From positions 5,224-69,223 of the IMG/VR virus record IMGVR_UViG_3300033075_000609: DNA of 64,000 nucleotides; one strand, given 5' to 3'. Source of the stretch: a virus. This document shows positions 60,201-64,000 of the stretch, in pieces (the first letter of the stretch is position 1; the number at the start of each line of letters is the position of its first letter). Made by a program: the position numbers and the translations under genes. The notes below the pieces were generated by a model. The model saw only the letters and a program-made list of their open reading frames with translations, made no database searches and was not told where the DNA came from.

Positions 60201-63200
60201 AATTAAAAGAAGTTTCTGATATGACTGAGAAAGTTTCTCAAGAACAATTATTAATATTAGCTCAATTTGCTCAAATGGAACAAATAGCTAAAGATTTTTT
60301 ACAACTACAAGTTACTATGAATTTTGATACATCTTTAGTTCAAGATGGTTTTGAGGCTTATCAAAAGGAAGAATTATTTAAAGAAATTAAAGGGAAAGAT
60401 ATATTCACTAATTTAGATGACCTAAGAGAAAAAACAGTAATTGCACCTTTAAATGTATTGAAAGAAGTTATTAATATTAATGCTCAATTATTACCTTTAG
60501 CTAACGATAAAGTAATTTATAATTTTTTATCTGCCAAATTATCTACAGAATTTGCTAATAAAGGAAACAAAGCTAAAAAGAAATTTGTTAGAACATTTAA
60601 GAATGACTTTATTATGTATCTATTCCAAAACTTTATGGATAGAAACCCTGATGCAATGCTTAGATTTAATATCACTTTTGCCCCTGTTTTAAAAACTAAA
60701 GAAAAAGATTACACTAATAGACCAATTGCTTTTGGTAATTATTTAATTAAAAATCTCTACAAAGAATTTGCAGATATAAAAAATGATCCAAAATATAAAG
60801 ATTTATTCAAACAATATTTGTTATTAGATAGATTATTTGTATCTTCAGAGGAAGAAATAAAAAATATTGGTTTATCTTATTTCAATAAGGATAGTCAACT
60901 ACAAGATACTTATATTGAACAATTTAAAGAATTATTAAATAATCCTGATTTGGAAATTAAAAATTTTATGCTTAAATTTGCCTACATGTCTTTCTATCAA
61001 TCAGGAATAAATAAATCATTCATATCTTCTACAGATATTCTACCAGTTCCAATTTTATCTGGAATGTTAGAGGATGTAAGAGAGCAATATTTAAAAGAAT
61101 TTGATACTCCAATTAAAAAATTGAATTTATTAGGAGATTTTTATACATTATTAAAAGCTAATAATGAATTTTTACGTTCAGGAACAATAGATACTATAAT
61201 AGATGGAAAAAAAATAAAAGAAAAAGCAAAAAATAAAAAATTCAACATTACAAAAAAATCTTGGTATAGAGGTAAAAACTTTAGAACTAATGTAGATAAT
61301 TTATTAATACAACCTGTTACTATGCCTATTGAACAATCTGAAGAAGAAGTTTTACAAGATGAAGGTGATAAAATACAATTGTATGGTAATGTCTATGCAA
61401 ATAAAGGACAAATATCTGCAATACAAAATTTTAGAGAGTTTATACATTCTACAAATAAATCTTTTTTATTAAAAGGAAGAGGAGGTACAGGAAAATCTAC
61501 TATTGCAGGTAAAATGCTTTTAGATGCTCAAAAAGAAGGATATTATATCTTTGGAACAGCTATTTCAGATGCTGCTACAAGTAATTTAAGAAATCTAACA
61601 AATAATTATAAATCTTTAAATATAGGTATATATAATTTTGCATCTATGTTTGGGTTAGTTCCTAAATATGATAATGATGGTAATTTAACTTCTTTTGATT
61701 TTCCAAGTAAAGATACATTTGGTTTTAATGAACCTAAAATAACAGATTCTATAAAAACAATTTTAGTGTTTGATGAAGCAAGTATGGTAGGAAAAGATGT
61801 ATTAGAAAAGATAAAAAAATTATTACCTAATTCTAAAATTCTTTACATGGGAGACAATGCTCAAATTAAACCAATTGGTCAAAATGAAACTATTTCTCCA
61901 ATATTTACAAATTCAGATACAACTTCTGAATTAACAGAAGTAATGAGACAAGGTTTAGGAAGTCCTATTTTAGAAATAGCATCTAATTTAGCTAAAGACA
62001 TTGATACTTATGATTTTGAAGATAAAAATACAGATTTACCTGCTTTAAATAAATACAATTTTGAATATTTTAATACAAAGGATAACTCAGGTACTTTAAT
62101 AACTACAGATATTTATAAATTTGTAGAAGAAGCTGTTAAAGATTTTAAACAATATGGTGCAAAATCTACAATAGTAATTACAGGAAATAATGATAATGTA
62201 GAAAAACTAAATAAAGAAATAAGATCAAAAATTGTAAGTGGTGACGATATATTTGTAAAAGGAGAAAGATTGATGACTTATTCTAAGTACACTAAAAAAT
62301 CTAAATATTCTGATGATAGTATAGAAAATAGCTCTATTGTATATATTAATAGTGCAAGACCTACTGAAGTTTTAGGAATTCCTGCTTATCAATTAGAAGT
62401 TTCTTATACCAATAAAGAAGGTAAAGAAATGACTGCATATATGAATGTTTTATTAAAATCTGATAAACAAAATGCTTCTAAATTATTTGATCTAAAAAGA
62501 GAAATTTTTAAACAATTAAAAGCTAAACAAAATGTAGCAGAAAATAGAGTGAAAGCAGATATTTTAAATCAAACTATTGTAGTAGATTATGGATATGCCA
62601 TGACTGCACATAAAGTTCAAGGACAAACTGTTAGAAACAGTTATGTTTATCCTATCTATAGAGGATTTAATAAAGAAGAAAGTACAAGAATGTTTTATAC
62701 ATCTATTACAAGACCTACAGATAAATTAGTTATATTTGATAAAGAAGGTAATAATCAATCTAATTTAGATAAATTTATAAATCAACAAACAACAGAACAA
62801 CCAACTAATAAAGAGATTAAACCTAATGAATTACAAAAACAAAATATAATTCCACAAGATTTTACAAATCATTCTGGTGGAGCTAAAGGTGGAGATATGC
62901 AAGGTTGGGATAAAATAGGAAGAGAATTTGGAGTAAATAACCATAATCACTATACAGTTGCATATTATGATAAACTTTCAACACAAGAAAAAGATGAATT
63001 AGATAAACAATATTTGCAAACTGTTAAATTTTTAGGAAGAGGGGTAATATCAAAAGATACTTATGCTGGAAAATTAGTTAGAAGAGATATGATTCAAGCT
63101 AATAATGGAGAAGCTATTTATGGAGTAACTGAATTGGTAAAACCTACTATTGTAGGTAGAAAAGGTTATAAAAACAAAAATACTTATTCCATACCAGAAG

Positions 63201-63778
63201 GAGGAACAGGTTATGCTGTTGCAAGAGGGATATTATTAAATAAACCAACTTATGTTTTTAATCAATCTGATAAATATGGTAATGAAATTGGTTGGTATAA
63301 ATGGGATAGTAATACAAAAGATTTTGTAAAAACAGAAACTCCAACACTTACTAAAAACTTTACAGGAATAGGTTCACAAGAAATTAATGAGTTAGGATTA
63401 CAAGCTATTAGAGATGTTTATCAACAAACTTTAAATATTTCACAAGTAGTAGATAGTGGGATAGATACAAGTAGAAAAATTGAAGTTGTTAATAGATACA
63501 CTAATACGGATGTTAAAACTAATCCTGATAAAATTGATGTAGTAAATAAATTAAAATCTGAATATAGTTTTAATACTGAAGATGAAGCTATAAATGCAGT
63601 AGAAGGAATAGATAATGAAAATAATTTTACAGGAAAAGGAATAAAAACAGGAACGATCATAGAAATAGGGGGAAAACAATATTCTGTAATAAATGATCCT
63701 AATAAAGACATTGATTTTATTCCTGTAACTAAAGTAACTCAGGAAGATATAAAAAAATTACCACCTTGTATAGGTTAA
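48230..63778 (+). CDS. giant virion RNA polymerase polyprotein (ejection region, zincin, vRNAP, SF1 helicase, SLOG-like domain)
   Basis: GYRIPTQ and GSDFDIDK (DFDID at 58484-58498); HEAWH...EEYIA zincin; GRGGTGKST/DEASM/GDNAQ/HKVQG/YTSITR helicase motifs. Confidence 0.92.
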   Translation: MIDNLLGSLDYTTKIPLTTKENTELPKFPDLSPVNINSLLTNQQIENKSVSFDDLLKQTNQKYGRAETLGKPYFINKYEYERFINSDKDNNSFFDWKKNPVFKNPLYFDNEELNAKNQSGFRQLINGTSKMLPGALNAFVSGLDPRPGVKDNEFNQWISDWTKELEYTHPNYYTKEQSNSVLKGIVPFTEGSGNFWGDKVLKNAGFTIGAIGSAIAWDAVISATTAGIGAVPATELALGKLITSLEKQFSTVQKVIRGAEGSSILGNTIKSSRIAYEGIKDWSTGQKALNLAKLGYINYVGSNAEASLEGYQGLVDLNEKLIQEFKDKNGRDPEANEYSNIKKIANQMANTRYAMNLPLLMITNAIEFGTLFSPSKIIRTGGVGFGERIGVNEAGQLFQRGWKDFSKLEKAGKIIGSEPVKNFIAEGFQEGAQYSIEKATEDLGFKKFKNPNFRVGLSEYMESQALGIQKTFGDKEGLESMLIGGLTGLITAGGTTAWDKFVSKRSEKEDKIIGENIEQYNQLNSENILNADSFKDYLKAVADRDQINFDGTTTHLILDAQMQQAIKDKNVFAFKALQHDKLFNLISLATKLSKVDALKLKIDQLKDLSVDEFAQQMGIEDLTDEKRVELKANLDDYIDLIKNKVDTISEIIKTVDNGLLNKFDPEKEPAKFNAFNSLKETFAYQLSHIEDIQGRMTEEMDNILSSKVNPLSQSLLNTLTGQEDPDESLIIDDFTKNFISEKGFDLNILNTKYAKGYTQQFNQLASEIATLNMQVETAKAAKLPYSGYASKLADKKKELSNLTTFLEEFNTKIKKFGEASALRKDFMHQEVIDSFKDLTAHVVKYEMNKNLKQSIGLTQADDLVDAIADLHLLNSSLNLFVDKNNKFKTPKGQDEYINEYIKWKSFAENKVQEAVRKSKYETLRRTPEESINQLASEIQTNLSEIESIKAQIEEIDKQLLDEKTTDEEKELLEKRKDELLKQKQELLDENKELEETKKVIEGKSKEDTQEQNTLNTTNNSESEIVERLSEIILPNLGENLFSNINEKINKTKEELQKVNQEVISNNDLLIYLNNKLEFYLQKINNEQIKIDKQLEKLPNTKYSKKQKQERYKELISKHKDLLLAAQDIQNRISEIEKTNNIQKQEIEDLEKKIQYYQSILNTEKTHTVELQQKLATTKSSLEKTNRLIEKTESYIDRLKSLLKEIVKAISNRISILNDFLESQGKNTPKLQEDIAKIKTQLLQDNIDGELFVEFNKLEKDVNDVLDHEEINQELLDKAELLLQTQIEKAIKLQNEIRYLSELFQENLNEVKKENTNPSSPQNKKIVEEIKQEVVEEEKPEVIAEEVKPVPIPVTITRETVIIQTPTPEVEEIPFFGTSRLMQSFYYKLANRTFGNVMIASFHNFLGKLRTFDGVAHKQNLESFLNQNNLQFTVLLAPDELYTPNGDYFDEAYKDKKAPIVALTDKEGNLVKVDKNNNLSDDGNYIVSLLPPVNKDATDLQDFNSTVEKVKNGEKVSVEVDASHAGHFNFLRQPKEFVLTPEILENPNVTLEIPNTKEAREVNGYTLMPGKLYLKIANNRNKSLMFLDVKLNKLSQISINGKSLPKTIYDSVLHIINNVDESLSYKQELDNFLNSILYVTAYKGSPKREPVIVQVNGDFYQFKIDTTSNEPSFTIEKNREVIFELSNTKKDDVATLQNILKFFDLNDTEQGEIKIPILESGKLRFETQDYIDFLVQNANPTVRYELDFSMENPFDFTGGEIYFKTPSKVEETFTQTETPTTEITSNQSEIDKKADIERRKQALRDLMRATDDDIFMLGVEDGTFMGESLLNMNENGDVVLTRYADSEEGLTKGKGKTKNLKDIAGQFGGEQIATSGIEGGAASFANGVVGEYHIPLQELIDLIKSEDVVFAGLGNKEFVLSPHIADKYLTKINGKQINSKYDAEQKESTIDEKTLEGFSSEEDLAKAFGTKPLEQSKNLEELTKEVVKPIKITKEDKFKGLDDEIPKIIKSAKSLPIVQSLNVTNTDIEKVKAIFKGNVNVENLFQIANSDAWATFQQSAITLYKGATRADLFHEAWHHFSQLYLTKDEKVKLYEETRNKVKDLKDKSDLEVEEYIAREFAKFTETGKIEGKFPERKSIFQKIMDFLKSIFSNETDLSLDSLFNNLYKGQINHLAYNTENIMFGKLNSGINDNFNYNDSKLILSGLDALFIQVLEYYKISGSQLSNIENINSVYNSVAKVLKNIYDASFDENEESINPTISINLGRISDNWNDVKKAHYKESVIFNKDRDSYEFDDDGNLVSKEENEDDKKGRNKADFQEASEKSIFDIMDKEVKSLIFTLVDKDKNGNEIVDSIFGLPKLVDFQRYVNIISEKLSNQNTFADVERVLNELSKDYPSMKDLLNSLTINESNEVKHLRVQFIQNMALVKRELYVVLYNEESKTYNIKAAQSNKQNQVENDIKTYFVISPETKFIKKVNGENQITEPIVYENKDEGLDYDLPFIKSLGINLDVLDYLTEQQQIKFVKDFNIVFVVEHLNNYLKENGAIKDIFKALKTKVNGKTQESAFKTLVDYNLTYLPENISSSFLNASGKIENENVMWATFDKDFNALQKAKTIQELIENPNRKFYNPNNLDISSSKIMDLLFDQSGKRTKYKIDIQNYNGLASEKEGVDGKKTKEVFYTEKAIMDISQFMNRNILTTMQLSNKATYFGLELPKKLIEGKYEFEQTMLNYLFDELNIIYQFDQKNPELTKLKKLSDSIGTKGKYNLAIFKDILTSNTQEIIDEYLETGNLSNETQDFVLSQINQFFEIELKKAVDVLQDDLYKIVPSKTSSYFEAKNFKPEEVIKDYIQNQFVMNVELSKLVFGNPYMHKDPYKRIAGATSSKRRLLADKRTLEDFKSVTKETQRSSIMPILLERLKLKSYVLKNQRTSDDELRFISFKDREKMSDSYDNLLSVVTKELKKTKEGTPEHYSLLQKKIAIEKAYSNVNGSDAMGAITMDAWRKFNWLAGRWSTELEKIYQKTIKWDYHNRLLKASKTEEEKTKQLALRNENTITDAEGLAISVMKYQYYGNIKNDSIMEKAFHKYQLMPLIPQLIEGKLWEQHLDRMILEDVDYALFDSADKLEKSKTLDAFYNNADLDNVNVLEDYESYYKEGNTSYNVRTGYLENIGEQVFMENGTDYSLLFGSQVRKLLFNTEDFSDLYDEFRNTIEQLTQIEKDNLYQKSGLNENGQVVDKPKFIQFLLDELDKKVVNSNVKEYLRLTKAGEFAGSLDTNLQRQPIESIVNSVIQSKIVKQKMHGELMVQVSNVGFETFGKKDSLKFYELENGKVRKMEVKVPLSGKFKNLLNLTHSDGRKIETRERLNEMISKGLIDTRAITMVGYRIPTQEHNSIEVMQIQEFLDPISNLIVVPYEITAKAGSDFDIDKLNLFKPHIDENGYYIEQKFNSKIESLDNYLKVKSENDTLIKQIRVEKFNWQHDLVKETDRVKQDIFTKINNLKNDLNFYKGQLSDNILFNAIVYEKNILMSQMHQLFDDYMALNSNQKDIGGEYVYKRGDASYKFKDKLKFTVNKEVKEFLDKSNNTFIKSLFTEYADISEETPIYDVKNKIVNDYNDKLNALLRIAIDLDTRFIDNTLLKNKIQELRGFKQYDSTGTFIGSDGEIQKLYSQFNSVFTNPKTAKIYIKGEMPEELKAIYEKNMGFQFELSEELNKLYFDKNQAFIDMVNFKNSYQNRIIEIFEKVLLSPNNFLNLVTPNSTFMFDEALDDVFKMRYKSNEYYEKGGKLVPNDIKLTKSLIPRYNWFTFKVLGEAGAGLSVAAVGNAFSQLIQKAKVNFTEEYLSQYNLRLPIGDISTRVLKDGQPKATAYSQLINLLVDVANDPRVGYANMGDSVIPIVNLMINFGTPIQDIVYFINQPIIVDYVSYTSKNRKSVVDGEYQEDGFASYLKDKILNHQKTPLKLPEAVSNYLNLTAQELSEKLSDVEFNASKESMGYKLKEVSDMTEKVSQEQLLILAQFAQMEQIAKDFLQLQVTMNFDTSLVQDGFEAYQKEELFKEIKGKDIFTNLDDLREKTVIAPLNVLKEVININAQLLPLANDKVIYNFLSAKLSTEFANKGNKAKKKFVRTFKNDFIMYLFQNFMDRNPDAMLRFNITFAPVLKTKEKDYTNRPIAFGNYLIKNLYKEFADIKNDPKYKDLFKQYLLLDRLFVSSEEEIKNIGLSYFNKDSQLQDTYIEQFKELLNNPDLEIKNFMLKFAYMSFYQSGINKSFISSTDILPVPILSGMLEDVREQYLKEFDTPIKKLNLLGDFYTLLKANNEFLRSGTIDTIIDGKKIKEKAKNKKFNITKKSWYRGKNFRTNVDNLLIQPVTMPIEQSEEEVLQDEGDKIQLYGNVYANKGQISAIQNFREFIHSTNKSFLLKGRGGTGKSTIAGKMLLDAQKEGYYIFGTAISDAATSNLRNLTNNYKSLNIGIYNFASMFGLVPKYDNDGNLTSFDFPSKDTFGFNEPKITDSIKTILVFDEASMVGKDVLEKIKKLLPNSKILYMGDNAQIKPIGQNETISPIFTNSDTTSELTEVMRQGLGSPILEIASNLAKDIDTYDFEDKNTDLPALNKYNFEYFNTKDNSGTLITTDIYKFVEEAVKDFKQYGAKSTIVITGNNDNVEKLNKEIRSKIVSGDDIFVKGERLMTYSKYTKKSKYSDDSIENSSIVYINSARPTEVLGIPAYQLEVSYTNKEGKEMTAYMNVLLKSDKQNASKLFDLKREIFKQLKAKQNVAENRVKADILNQTIVVDYGYAMTAHKVQGQTVRNSYVYPIYRGFNKEESTRMFYTSITRPTDKLVIFDKEGNNQSNLDKFINQQTTEQPTNKEIKPNELQKQNIIPQDFTNHSGGAKGGDMQGWDKIGREFGVNNHNHYTVAYYDKLSTQEKDELDKQYLQTVKFLGRGVISKDTYAGKLVRRDMIQANNGEAIYGVTELVKPTIVGRKGYKNKNTYSIPEGGTGYAVARGILLNKPTYVFNQSDKYGNEIGWYKWDSNTKDFVKTETPTLTKNFTGIGSQEINELGLQAIRDVYQQTLNISQVVDSGIDTSRKIEVVNRYTNTDVKTNPDKIDVVNKLKSEYSFNTEDEAINAVEGIDNENNFTGKGIKTGTIIEIGGKQYSVINDPNKDIDFIPVTKVTQEDIKKLPPCIG

Positions 63779-63791
63779 TAAAAATAGCACT

Positions 63792-64000
63792 ATGTCAAAA
63801 AGTTGTATAATAACTACAGTAAAAAGTAAAATAAAAGGAAATGCTACTTCTTATATAGAAAAAGAGAATGAAATATTTATTCCTGTTTCTAATAAGTTTA
63901 GTTTAAGACAAACCAGAGCTATAGCTCAAGATAAAGTAAATAAAATTAATAAAGAATACCTATCTGAAAAGTTTGGAGAAGTAGTAAGTTTAAATTCATC
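63792..64000 (+). CDS. 5' part of the next gene, truncated by the window edge
   Basis: MSKSCIITTVKSK... stays open to the window end. Confidence 0.6.
   Translation, partial: MSKSCIITTVKSKIKGNATSYIEKENEIFIPVSNKFSLRQTRAIAQDKVNKINKEYLSEKFGEVVSLNS

Noticed and set aside
1-64000. Stop-codon reassignment (TAG or TGA), known in some crAss-like phages
   Set aside because: Long late genes, including the 5182-aa ORF, are uninterrupted in the standard code, and TGA stops sit in ATGA overlaps at gene junctions
1-64000. Short minus-strand and nested ORFs in the ORF track (e.g. 1070..1312, 19978..20202, 29489..29836, 53584..53847)
   Set aside because: They shadow well-supported plus-strand genes and show no motifs
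1-64000. CRISPR array, tRNA or rRNA genes
   Set aside because: Intergenic gaps are short; no regularly spaced repeats or cloverleaf motifs were seen

Overview
AT-rich 64 kb segment of a crAss-like (Crassvirales-type) podophage genome, probably infecting Bacteroidota. Essentially all genes lie on the + strand and read in the standard code. Gene order: small accessory genes and a PD-(D/E)xK nuclease; terminase, portal, scaffold-like protein, major capsid protein, ring and auxiliary capsid proteins; LysM-GH19 endolysin; Cys-rich tail-hub and tail-fibre cluster mixed with several membrane/lysis genes; metallophosphoesterase; IHF-like, ring, ferritin-like and muzzle genes; ejected cargo proteins; a 5182-aa virion RNA polymerase polyprotein. 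Three free-standing GIY-YIG endonucleases are present. Most notable: (1) a holin-like membrane protein fused to a PAS domain just upstream of a spanin-like pair; (2) cargo proteins built from modules (ART-like, GNAT, lysozyme, LysM) separated by a recurring [FYMA]-x-x-G(G) motif; (3) the vRNAP fused to a zincin, an ART-like insert, a RecD/Dda helicase and a SLOG-like domain; (4) a 24-bp promoter-like motif ending in ATG, one copy inside a switchable hairpin before an endonuclease gene; (5) an endonuclease insertion flanked by a duplicated gene 3' end. All family assignments come from reading motifs by eye and from synteny; no searches were run.
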